From Chloroflexota bacterium (lineage in GTDB: Bacteria; Chloroflexota; Anaerolineae; UBA1429): DNA of 64,000 nt. The position numbers and the translations under genes were made by a program. Under the pieces are notes generated by a model. It did not search any database, was not told where the DNA came from, and saw nothing but the letters and a program-made list of their open reading frames with translations. The stretch covers positions 8,083-72,082 of the forward strand of contig DAIPBO010000009.1 in NCBI GenBank assembly GCA_036774405.1, read 5' to 3'. Positions 56,002 through 64,000 of this stretch are shown in pieces; positions within the stretch are counted from its first letter, which is position 1; each line of letters opens with the position of its first letter.

Positions 56002-57987
56002 ATGCCGCTGCCCAGCCAGCCCCTAGATGATCGCTCGTTTCAGGACCTGGTTGACGAGGCCAAGAAGCGCATCCCGCTCTATTGCCCCGAGTGGACTGAT
56101 CACAATGTGAGTGACCCCGGGGTGACACTGATTGAGCTGTTTGCCTGGATGATGGACATGCTCCTATTTCGCCTCAATCAGGTGCCACGCAAGCACTATG
56201 TCAAGCTGCTCGAGTTGCTTGGCATCCAGCTTCAGCCACCAAGGGCCGCTATGGCACCGTTGGTATTCTATCTATCGACGCCACAGGCACAACCGGTGCA
56301 GGTGGCTCGTGGCACCGCGGCGAGCACGAAGCGTTCAGGCGGTGAGGAGGCGATCGTCTTTACCACCGAGAAGGACCTTACGATCCAGCCGGCCCAGCTA
56401 GAGCATCTAGTGGCACGCCGACGTCTCGGCGATCAGGGCATGGTATTCCAGGATATCGGCCTGCAAAGGCTCGAGCGCGACTTTCGTCCGTTCTCTGCCA
56501 CCGATCCGCATCAGGGCGAGGCACTCTACTTTGGTTTGGGCGGCGAGTTGCATCGACACGTGCTCGGGCTCGAGCTCGACTGTGTGCGCGCAGGTGGGCT
56601 GAACATCATCCCAGAAAACCCACCTCTGGTGTGGCAGGCTTGGAGCGAGGGGGGCTGGAGCGATGTTGATGTGGAGCAGGATACCACCGGCGGCCTAAGC
56701 TGGACTGGGCAGGTGCGGATTCATCTGCCCCAGATGGCCCGCAGCGACGTCAACGGTGTTGAGGCGTACTGGGTGCGCTGCCAGGTGATCGCCGCAGAGC
56801 AGGGGCGGCGTGCCTATGCGACCTCGCCGATCATCCGCAATGTGCGGGCTCTGACCTGGGGTGCCACTGTCGATGCCATGCATGCCACCGAGGTACAGGC
56901 CGAGCCGTTGGGGCGCAGTGATGGGTCGCCCGGGCAGGTGTTCAGTCTCGAACACGCGCCAGTTCTGCCGCGCATGAAAGAGGAGTGCGTCGTGATCTGG
57001 CAACCCGGGCTCGACAGCGGGGAGGAATGGCACGAGGTGGAGAGTTTCGCCGAGACCTCGGCCGAGGATCGGTGCTACACACTCGACAGCGCCACCGGTG
57101 AAGTAACCTTTGGCCCTGCCATCCGCCAGCGCGATGGGTCGGTGCGTAGCTACGGGGCCATACCCCCGCGCGGCGCCGAGCTGCGCATGACGCGCTATCG
57201 CTATGGCGGTGGCACTCGTGGCAATGTCCGTGCAGGGGCGGTCACCGAGCTGCGCACTGCCATACCCTACGTCGCACGCGTGACGAATCGCCTGCCGGCC
57301 AGCGGCGGGTGGGACCCCGAGGATCTAGAGGCAGCGATGTTCCGTGCCCGCCATGAGTTGCGGACACGCTATCGGGCGGTAGCTCCTGACGATTTCGAGT
57401 TCTTGGTGCTGCAGGGCTTTCAGGGCCGCATCGCCCGTGCGCGCTGTCTGCAGGCAGCCCAGATGGGGCGTGGCGCACCCTCGCCAGGGCAGGTCTATGT
57501 GGTGGTCGTTCCCCAGCTGTCACCTGACGAGGCTCGGCGCTACATCCCCCCCTCGCGGCTCGCCCTGACGCCCGAGTTGCAGCAAGAGGTCACAGCTTTC
57601 CTGGATGAGCGCCGTCTCTTGACGACGCAGCTGGCCGTGCGTGAGGCGGGCTACAAGCGCATTGCTGTACAGGTGGCGGTCGTAGCCAGGCCAGGCACCG
57701 ACGCCCACCGGTTAAGGACTGATGTGCACCAAGCGCTCGACCTTTTCCTGAATCCTCTCGTGGGGGGATTGGATGGCACCGGCTGGCCCTTTGGGCGTGA
57801 GGTCTATCTGTCTGACCTGTACACGTGTATTCAGCAGGTCGACGGGTTGCTCAACGTACAGACACTGCAGATGGCCTGGCTTGATGAGACCGACCAGCCG
57901 CACCTGGGCGAGCGCAAAATCGACTTGTTGGCGCATGAGGTGGCGATCTCAGACATCCACGTCGTCACTGTTGAGGCGGGAGAGTGA
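56002..57987 (+). CDS. Baseplate J-like protein (Afp11, T4 gp6-like).
   Basis: 661 aa. N-terminal FQDLVDEAKKRIPLYCPEWTDHNVSDPGVTLIELFAWM is typical of baseplate J. Confidence 0.8.
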   Translation: MPLPSQPLDDRSFQDLVDEAKKRIPLYCPEWTDHNVSDPGVTLIELFAWMMDMLLFRLNQVPRKHYVKLLELLGIQLQPPRAAMAPLVFYLSTPQAQPVQVARGTAASTKRSGGEEAIVFTTEKDLTIQPAQLEHLVARRRLGDQGMVFQDIGLQRLERDFRPFSATDPHQGEALYFGLGGELHRHVLGLELDCVRAGGLNIIPENPPLVWQAWSEGGWSDVDVEQDTTGGLSWTGQVRIHLPQMARSDVNGVEAYWVRCQVIAAEQGRRAYATSPIIRNVRALTWGATVDAMHATEVQAEPLGRSDGSPGQVFSLEHAPVLPRMKEECVVIWQPGLDSGEEWHEVESFAETSAEDRCYTLDSATGEVTFGPAIRQRDGSVRSYGAIPPRGAELRMTRYRYGGGTRGNVRAGAVTELRTAIPYVARVTNRLPASGGWDPEDLEAAMFRARHELRTRYRAVAPDDFEFLVLQGFQGRIARARCLQAAQMGRGAPSPGQVYVVVVPQLSPDEARRYIPPSRLALTPELQQEVTAFLDERRLLTTQLAVREAGYKRIAVQVAVVARPGTDAHRLRTDVHQALDLFLNPLVGGLDGTGWPFGREVYLSDLYTCIQQVDGLLNVQTLQMAWLDETDQPHLGERKIDLLAHEVAISDIHVVTVEAGE

Positions 57988-57990
57988 GCG

Positions 57991-58941
57991 ATGGCTGATG
58001 CCCTGGGCGCACGATTGATCATCCGTATGCCCGATGGCCCCGACGTAGTTTTTGCACTTGCTCAGCCGGTGGTGCGCATCGGCCGTAACCCTGCGCCACA
58101 GAACGACCTGGTGCTACCACATAGCGCTGTGTCGCGCTATCACGCTCGCATCTACTGCGATCGCTTGCCCTATCGCGTGCAAGATGTGGGCAGCAGCAAC
58201 GGCACCGCCCTGAACGACGCGCCGGTGGCCCCTAATGAGATGTGGCCCCTGACTGACGGCGATATCATTGGCATCGGGCCCTTTCGGCTGACCTATGTGG
58301 CACCCCGCGAGTCGGATCAGGCTTTGGCCATCGAGCCTCCTGTGGCGAGGGCTGAGGCAGAGATCGCCGCAGGTGGGCAGGCAATGCCCGGCACACCAGG
58401 TGGCGCAGAGCCGCCCATCCCCCCCTCTCAAGGGCAGCGTGTATTGTCAGAGCCGCCGCCATGGTTAGGCATGCCCACCGACGCCAGTCGGTGGTTGCAG
58501 CACCTGCCGCCACTCTACGCCGAGGAAGGATTCCTGGGGCGGTATCTCCTGCTGTTCGAAGATTTGCTGGGGCCAGCCGAACAGGCGATTGCGCATTTCG
58601 ACCTGTTCCTTGACCCCGAGACCTGCCCCGATGATATGGTGCCGTTGTTGGCGCAGTGGCTTGGCGTTGAGGTTGCCGAGCGCTGGCCACTGGCCGTCAA
58701 GCGGCAGCTCGTAAAGCATGGCGCCTGGCTGCATCGAGCCCGTGGTACGCTGCCTGGCCTAAAGCGTCACCTCGAGATCTGCACGGGCGGTGCGGCCGAG
58801 ATCAGCGAGAACGACGAGCGCCCTCACACCATCGTCGTTCGCATCGCTGCCCCTCAAGAGACGATCGATCGGCCGCTGCTCTCTGAGGTGATCCGCTATC
58901 ACTGCCCTGCTCACGTGGGCTTTGCCTTACGGATAGACTGA
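57991..58941 (+). CDS. FHA domain fused to a P2 gpI-like baseplate protein (Afp12-like).
   Basis: N-terminal FHA (VVRIGRNPAPQNDLVLPHSAVSRYHARIY...VQDVGSSNGTALND). C-terminal LDPETCPDDMVPLLAQWLGVEV...KRQLVKHGAWLHRARGT matches the tail protein I family. Confidence 0.7.
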   Translation: MADALGARLIIRMPDGPDVVFALAQPVVRIGRNPAPQNDLVLPHSAVSRYHARIYCDRLPYRVQDVGSSNGTALNDAPVAPNEMWPLTDGDIIGIGPFRLTYVAPRESDQALAIEPPVARAEAEIAAGGQAMPGTPGGAEPPIPPSQGQRVLSEPPPWLGMPTDASRWLQHLPPLYAEEGFLGRYLLLFEDLLGPAEQAIAHFDLFLDPETCPDDMVPLLAQWLGVEVAERWPLAVKRQLVKHGAWLHRARGTLPGLKRHLEICTGGAAEISENDERPHTIVVRIAAPQETIDRPLLSEVIRYHCPAHVGFALRID

Positions 58942-58951
58942 CGACGGCCCT

Positions 58952-61900
58952 GTGCCGAGAAAGGCGACTGACATGGAGAGACTCGTTGGCACGGTGCTCA
59001 ATAGCTCCTATCGCGTTGACAAGCTGCTTGGCCAGGGGGGCATGGGCGCCGTCTTTCGCGCTCGAGACGTCGCACTGGACAGAGACGTGGCCATCAAGCT
59101 GATGCATAGCCACATCTCGACGCAGCAAGGCTTTCGCGAGCGCTTTTTGCAGGAAGCACGGGCCATCGCCGCTCTGTCGCATCCTGGCATCGTGCCGATC
59201 CACGCCTTCAGTAGTGATCCCCAGCAGCTCTATATCGTGATGGCGTTCATCGAGGGGCAGAACCTAGCCGACTGGCTTCATCTGCTCAATCAGCGCCAGC
59301 AGACGGCCTCGCTTTCCGAAACGCTGGGCATCGCCGAGATGGTGGCCGACGCTTTGGCCTATGCGCATCGTCGGGGCGTGTATCATCGCGACATCAAGCC
59401 CGGCAATATAATCCTTAGACCGCTGGAGGCGGGACAGGTCAACGAGGCGGGGCTGACCTTTCACCCCATCGTGACCGACTTTGGCCTGGCCAAACTGGCT
59501 GAGGGCGGCGTGCAGTCGATGGCAGGGCTCTCGATGGGCACGCCGGCCTACATGGCGCCCGAGCAGTGTGAAGCCAGGCCCATCGACGGTCGCGCTGACC
59601 TCTACTCGCTGGGCATCGTGCTCTACGAGTTGGTCGCAGGGCGCGTGCCCTTTGCAGTCAGCACCCTCACCGAGGCGCTGAAGGCTCACACACAACAGAC
59701 GCCGCCTCCACCACGTACACTGGCGCCCGATCTGCCCACGTCTGTCGAGAGGGTCATCCTCAAGGCACTGGCCAAGCGGCCCGAGGAGCGCTTTCAGAAT
59801 GGCGCCGAGATGGCCGAAGCGCTGCGCCTGGCGCGGCAGGGTCTGTCGGCTGACCAGGGGGCCTCCACAGCAGCGCCCACGCAGGCGGGCTATGCCAGCC
59901 TGGCAACGTTGATGTCACAGCAGACGCCACCGCCAGCGCCCAAAGAGGCGGCCTGGCCTACGCCGCCCTCTGATCTCGAAGCTGGTGCTCAGGTTATGGT
60001 GATGGCCCCCGATGGCACGAGTAGCGCGGTGGCCTTTGGGACGCGAAGCGCCCTCACCATCGGCCGTGACCCCGGCAACAGCATCGCGCTGGACGATCCG
60101 CAAGTCTCGCGCCAGCACTGCCAGGTGAGCACCGACAACGGGCGGTTTTTTGTGACCGACCTCAATTCGACCAACGGTACCTTTCTGGGCGACAACAAGC
60201 TGCTGCCGGGCGTGGCCGAGCCCTGGCGGCCAGGGCAGCCTGTACGCGTAGGGGGGCATTGGCTGCGTCTGCGGTTGGCCGAGGGCGGCTCACGACCGGT
60301 GGCTCAAGAGGCATTGTCTGCCGCTGTGGGCCCACGCCTGACCGCAAGGCCTGTCACCCTGACGCTCGAGCCTGAGCGCGTGATTGTAGAGCCTGGCAAG
60401 GCCGTGAACATGACGCTTCATGTGCTCAATCAGCAGCAGCAGGTCGATCATTTTGTCGCGGTGGTAGAGCAGCTGCCACAGCAGTGGGTTACAGCCCCTG
60501 CCCAGCCATTGCGCCTTGCCCCCGGCGATGCCGGCATCTTGGCTCTGCGCCTAGCGCCGCCTCGTGACGCGACCAGCGTGAGTGGCGAGCATGTCTTTGA
60601 TGTTCGCGTGGTATCACGGGCCGACCCGAGCATCAGCGCTCAGGCCACCGGCACTTGCCAGATCACGCCGTTTCGCGCCATGAGCCTCGACCTGCAGCCC
60701 AGCACCTTTGTCAACGCGGGCACGGCGTTCCTCGGTGTAGCGAACCAAGGCAATAGCCTGGAGACCATAGAGTTGGCCGTGGTCGACCCAGCAGGGGTGT
60801 TGGCCACACCCCCTTCGAGCCAGCGCCTTGTGTTGCAGGCAGGGCAGCGCCAGCAGGTAGAACTGCCTCTTGTCGCCAAGCGGAGGCGCCCCTTGATCGG
60901 CAATCCGAGTACCAGCGCTTTTCAGGTGCAGGCGCGCGCCCAGGAGCAACAGCTCGCCGCGGTACAGGGCTCGTTCACGGTGAGACCGATCGTGCCCACG
61001 TGGGCCATCCCCATTCTCACGACGCTGGTGTTGCTGCTCTGCGCGGGGGTGGCGCTCGCCTACAACAACGCCCAAAAGGGCAGGACAGCCGAACGCACCG
61101 CCATCGCGATGGGCATCAACCAGGCGACGGTAACCGCTGAAGCGGTCATGGCCATCAATGCGACGCAAACGGCAGAAGCATTGGCCGCAGTGGCGACGTC
61201 ACAGGCTCAGGCAGAGGCTACTGCCAACATGCAGACGGCCACCGTTGTAGCGGCCAAGAGCACCGCAGACTGGCTCGCTGCCGATACCGATGGAGATGGG
61301 CTGACCAATGCACAAGAGCAGGCCTATGGCACAGACCCTCATAACATCGACACCGATGGGGATACCCTACCAGACGGCCACGAAGTGGCGACCGGAACGA
61401 GCCCCGTCAATCGAGACACCGATGGCGATGGCCAGCAGGACAACGTTGACCCCAGCCCCGGCGAGCTGCCCACCGCCACACCCTCGCCCACCTCTACGGC
61501 CACGCCGACGCTGACGCCGAGCCCGTCGCCAACGCCAGAGCACGTTTTTGCAGCCGACCAGATCCGCTCGTTTGCAGTGGTAGCCACCGATGTTGGCACT
61601 GTGACGGGGGTCTGCATCAGGCACGATAATGCGGGGCCAGAACCCGATTGGTTCGTATCAGAGGTGCGCGTCGACGGTGGGGCAGGGTTTGTCTCGTTTA
61701 CGTTCAATCGTTGGTTGGCCACTGACAAGGCCGATGGGATGATCGAGGCGTGTCGTGGCACCGCAACCAGTCTTCTCATCGAAGGGCGTCTACCGCCGGC
61801 ACGACCGGACTTGATTGAGGATAGCGCGTTCCATCTGCTTGCTCTGACGCCCACGCCCACGATCGATTTCGGCGTCATCCGCGAGTTCTACCAGGTGCAG

Positions 61901-62050
61901 CCCAGGCCCTTCTTGCCCATGCTGCCTCTCGGCAAGGCCTACACCATCGAGATTACGACGGGCAACGCCAACGGTGCGGGCACCAGCGCCAAGGTGTCGG
62001 CCAAGATAGCGGGAAGTAGCGGGCAGACCGACTGGATCGCTGTAGAGTAG
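58952..62050 (+). CDS. Transmembrane Ser/Thr protein kinase. Architecture is kinase - FHA - tandem beta-sandwich repeats - TM - thrombospondin type-3 repeats - PLAT/LH2 domain.
   Basis: Hanks motifs GQGGMGAVF, AIK, HRDIKPGNIIL, DFG and APE. Internal FHA (ALTIGRDPGNSIALDDPQVSRQHCQV...NSTNGTF). TM WAIPILTTLVLLLCAGVALAY. TSP3 DTDGDGLTNAQE / DTDGDTLPDGHE / DTDGDGQQDNVD. C-terminal PLAT-like beta-sandwich. Confidence 0.8.
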   Translation: MPRKATDMERLVGTVLNSSYRVDKLLGQGGMGAVFRARDVALDRDVAIKLMHSHISTQQGFRERFLQEARAIAALSHPGIVPIHAFSSDPQQLYIVMAFIEGQNLADWLHLLNQRQQTASLSETLGIAEMVADALAYAHRRGVYHRDIKPGNIILRPLEAGQVNEAGLTFHPIVTDFGLAKLAEGGVQSMAGLSMGTPAYMAPEQCEARPIDGRADLYSLGIVLYELVAGRVPFAVSTLTEALKAHTQQTPPPPRTLAPDLPTSVERVILKALAKRPEERFQNGAEMAEALRLARQGLSADQGASTAAPTQAGYASLATLMSQQTPPPAPKEAAWPTPPSDLEAGAQVMVMAPDGTSSAVAFGTRSALTIGRDPGNSIALDDPQVSRQHCQVSTDNGRFFVTDLNSTNGTFLGDNKLLPGVAEPWRPGQPVRVGGHWLRLRLAEGGSRPVAQEALSAAVGPRLTARPVTLTLEPERVIVEPGKAVNMTLHVLNQQQQVDHFVAVVEQLPQQWVTAPAQPLRLAPGDAGILALRLAPPRDATSVSGEHVFDVRVVSRADPSISAQATGTCQITPFRAMSLDLQPSTFVNAGTAFLGVANQGNSLETIELAVVDPAGVLATPPSSQRLVLQAGQRQQVELPLVAKRRRPLIGNPSTSAFQVQARAQEQQLAAVQGSFTVRPIVPTWAIPILTTLVLLLCAGVALAYNNAQKGRTAERTAIAMGINQATVTAEAVMAINATQTAEALAAVATSQAQAEATANMQTATVVAAKSTADWLAADTDGDGLTNAQEQAYGTDPHNIDTDGDTLPDGHEVATGTSPVNRDTDGDGQQDNVDPSPGELPTATPSPTSTATPTLTPSPSPTPEHVFAADQIRSFAVVATDVGTVTGVCIRHDNAGPEPDWFVSEVRVDGGAGFVSFTFNRWLATDKADGMIEACRGTATSLLIEGRLPPARPDLIEDSAFHLLALTPTPTIDFGVIREFYQVQPRPFLPMLPLGKAYTIEITTGNANGAGTSAKVSAKIAGSSGQTDWIAVE
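61280..61455 (+). repeat. Three tandem thrombospondin type-3 (DxDxDG) calcium-binding repeat units inside the kinase gene.
   Basis: Repeated gacaccgatggnga-type units encoding DTDGDG. Confidence 0.5.
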
Positions 62051-62053
62051 GAG

Positions 62054-62088
62054 GCTCAGGCCATCGTCTCCGAGACGATGGCCTGAGC
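62054..62088. terminator. Bidirectional terminator palindrome between the kinase gene and convergent larC-like gene.
   Basis: GCTCAGGCCATCGTCTC-c-GAGACGATGGCCTGAGC near-perfect inverted repeat. Confidence 0.5.
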
Positions 62089-62094
62089 GCCAGT

Positions 62095-62547
62095 TCAGCG
62101 GGAGAGGGCCAGCCGCTCGGCTTCGCGGGCGACCTGACGTAGCGGCACACCATGGGCCTCTGCCACGCTGGCGCAGTCATCGTACTCGGCCTTGGCGGCC
62201 ACCACACGCCCCTTGATCAGTTTAAGCTTGCAGTGCACTTCGCCCCAGGGTGTTGAGACGGTGACGGTTTGCCGCTGACAGACGATGCGCTGCCACGTCT
62301 GCCAGCGCACACCCAACGTCGACGTATGCAGCAAGAGGCGGTCGCGCAGGCTTGCTGCATCTTCTGGGCGGGCCAGCACGCTGAACACCACGGCTGGACG
62401 GCTCTTTTTCATCACGATGGGCGTGTGCCAGGCATCAAGCGCTCCCTCGCGCAGCATCGCCTCCAGCACATGCCCCAGTTCTTCGCCGGTCATATCGTCG
62501 ATGTTGCAGGTCAGCAGAACGACATCCTCACATTGCGGCGTAGACAT
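62095..62547 (-). CDS. larC: LarC C-terminal domain only (DUF111 C-terminal half, LarC2-like CTP-binding domain).
   Basis: NIDDMTGEELGHVLEAML...TPIVMKKSRPAVVFSVL and ...AKAEYDDCASVA... match the middle and C-terminal conserved blocks of DUF111/LarC. Only 150 aa. No N-terminal half is adjacent. Confidence 0.5.
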   Translation of the reverse strand: MSTPQCEDVVLLTCNIDDMTGEELGHVLEAMLREGALDAWHTPIVMKKSRPAVVFSVLARPEDAASLRDRLLLHTSTLGVRWQTWQRIVCQRQTVTVSTPWGEVHCKLKLIKGRVVAAKAEYDDCASVAEAHGVPLRQVAREAERLALSR

Positions 62548-62551
62548 GGAG

Positions 62552-63280
62552 CTATTCCTTTACGGTGGCCTTGCGACATCTGGCGGCGCGGTTGGCCACC
62601 AGCGCCGCCGTCACCCCGGCCCCCACGCCGTTGTCGATATTGACCACAGCCAGGCCTGGCGCGCAGGTCTGCAGCATGGTCAACAGAGCAGCCTCGCCCT
62701 GGCCGCCCATGCCATAGCCGACGGCCGTGGGCAGGCCGATCACAGGGATGTCGACCAGTCCAGAGACTACTGACGGCAGCGCGCCGTCCATGCCTGCCGC
62801 CACGATGATCACATCTACGTCATGCTGGTTCAACAGGGCTTCGAGCGGCCCAAAGAGGCGGTGCAGCCCTGCAACGCCCACGTCGTAAAAAGGGTACACT
62901 TCACAGCCCATCTCTTGACACACGATGGCGGCCTCTTCGGCCCGTGGCTGATCGGATGTGCCCGCGGTGAGCAGGCCTACCCGCCCGCCTGTGGCAGGCA
63001 CCCGATGACCGCCGCGGATGATGGCCGTACGCGAAGCGTCGTACCACTCATAGGCCGCGTCGCCGAACTCGGCATCGAGCGCTGTCTGCAGCTCGGGAGA
63101 CACTCGGCTGAGTATGGCGCGACCGGTGTGCTGTAAGAACTGGCGTGCAATCTCGATGCATTGCGGAACGGTCTTGTTCGCCGTCCAGACGATCTCTGGC
63201 GCGCCCTTGCGGTGCTCGCGGAGCAGATCGAGTTCGGCGAAAGGGACGCGGTTCAGGTTCATCGATTCAGACATCGGCAT
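62552..63280 (-). CDS. larB: Nickel-pincer cofactor biosynthesis protein LarB (PurE/AIR-carboxylase-like pyridinium-3,5-biscarboxylic acid mononucleotide synthase).
   Basis: PurE-like fold GLLTAGTSD...IIVAAGMDGALPSVVSGL. N-terminal LarB extension. Adjacent to larE and larC. Confidence 0.7.
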   Translation of the reverse strand: MPMSESMNLNRVPFAELDLLREHRKGAPEIVWTANKTVPQCIEIARQFLQHTGRAILSRVSPELQTALDAEFGDAAYEWYDASRTAIIRGGHRVPATGGRVGLLTAGTSDQPRAEEAAIVCQEMGCEVYPFYDVGVAGLHRLFGPLEALLNQHDVDVIIVAAGMDGALPSVVSGLVDIPVIGLPTAVGYGMGGQGEAALLTMLQTCAPGLAVVNIDNGVGAGVTAALVANRAARCRKATVKE

Positions 63281-64000
63281 TCATGCTCCCCATTCGATAG
63301 CCTTCCAGGTCTAGGCTGATATAACGGTATCCCAGCGCCTGCAGTGCCGTCACCACCTCTTGACGTAGCGGTTCTGAGGCCGCGGCGACGATGCGCTCTG
63401 CCGGAAGCTCGATGCGCGCTAGCGGAAAGTGATCGCGCACGCGCAGGTGCTGCTCGCCGAGCAACGTTTGCAGGGCGGCCTCAGCGCGCTCGATGCGGCC
63501 GAGCGCTTCGGGCTCGAGCGCAGTGCCCGTGGGCACCCGCGTCGCTAGACACGAAGCGGCGGGGTGATTCCACGTTGGCAAACCACGACGCCGCGAAAGC
63601 TCGCGGATCTCGGCCTTGGTGAGTCCTGCCTCGGCCAGTGGCGCCCGCACGCCCAACTCGCGTGCGGCCCGCGAACCCGGACGATAGTCGTTGATGTCAT
63701 CGGCGTTCTCACCGTGGATGAGCACAGCGCCCGGCAACACCCGCTCTGCGTGCGCCTGGAGCGCCTCAAAACGCGCTCGCTTGCAGTGATAGCAGCGCAT
63801 CGGCCCGTTTGCGCGCACGCCCTCGATTATGAGCTCGTCGAACGGCACTACCACCAGCCTGGCCTTGAGCCGCGAGGCCACCTGCTCAGCTGTAGCATAC
63901 TCGTGACGCGGCAGCAGGGGCGAATCGGCCGTTAGGGCGACGACACGATCACTACCGAGCGCCTCGACAGAGAGAGCCAACAGCAGGCTGCTGTCGACGC
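63267..64000 (-). CDS. larE: LarE-like ATP-dependent sulfur transferase (PP-loop), 5'-partial. The N-terminal PP-loop lies beyond the window edge.
   Basis: C-terminal two-thirds with the conserved ...RCYHCKRARF... cysteine region and substrate-binding residues. The frame is open to the window end. Confidence 0.6.
   Translation of the reverse strand, partial: VDSSLLLALSVEALGSDRVVALTADSPLLPRHEYATAEQVASRLKARLVVVPFDELIIEGVRANGPMRCYHCKRARFEALQAHAERVLPGAVLIHGENADDINDYRPGSRAARELGVRAPLAEAGLTKAEIRELSRRRGLPTWNHPAASCLATRVPTGTALEPEALGRIERAEAALQTLLGEQHLRVRDHFPLARIELPAERIVAAASEPLRQEVVTALQALGYRYISLDLEGYRMGSMNADV

Noticed and set aside
1-64000. CRISPR arrays, IS elements, integrases and prophage capsid/terminase genes.
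   Set aside because: No direct-repeat arrays, transposase or integrase motifs, or head-morphogenesis genes were seen. The tail-like cluster appears to be a domesticated injection system, not a prophage.

Overview
This is a high-GC (about 65%) bacterial chromosomal window, possibly Chloroflexota-like; the phylum guess is low-confidence. Most of it is housekeeping and metabolic genes. These include a sugar-acid catabolism island with UxuA, two enolase-superfamily dehydratases, a PfkB kinase, a SIS isomerase and a GH4 hydrolase. There is an ECF transporter module next to coaX-coaBC, and the housekeeping sigma factor sigA behind a consensus promoter. A PdxA2/DUF1537 acid-sugar module is present. 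An archaeal-type four-subunit pyruvate:ferredoxin oxidoreductase (porGDAB) is followed by upp, a MraY/WecA-like transferase, mobB and dapA-like genes, and larE-larB-larC(C-terminal) genes close the window. The main feature is a roughly 19 kb block (42.9-62.1 kb) encoding a complete phage-tail-like contractile injection system (eCIS/Afp/PVC-like). In order it has an AAA+ ATPase, a DUF4157+TPR protein, a DUF4255 cap, a sheath, two tube paralogs, a low-complexity candidate ruler, a LysM tube initiator, a gpD/VgrG-like spike, PAAR, gp25, baseplate J and a gpI-like baseplate protein. It has no tail-fibre gene. It also carries a signalling layer not usually seen in these systems: an FHA domain fused to the gpI-like baseplate protein, followed by a 1032-aa transmembrane Ser/Thr kinase with an internal FHA domain and extracytoplasmic TSP3 and PLAT domains. 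This suggests a phospho-threonine-gated, fibre-less contractile injection system, analogous to the T6SS threonine phosphorylation pathway. The DUF4157-TPR protein is the only obvious cargo candidate. Several perfect TTGAC(A/C)-N16/17-TATAAT promoters and clean bidirectional hairpin terminators are visible. No tRNA, rRNA, CRISPR or mobile element was found.
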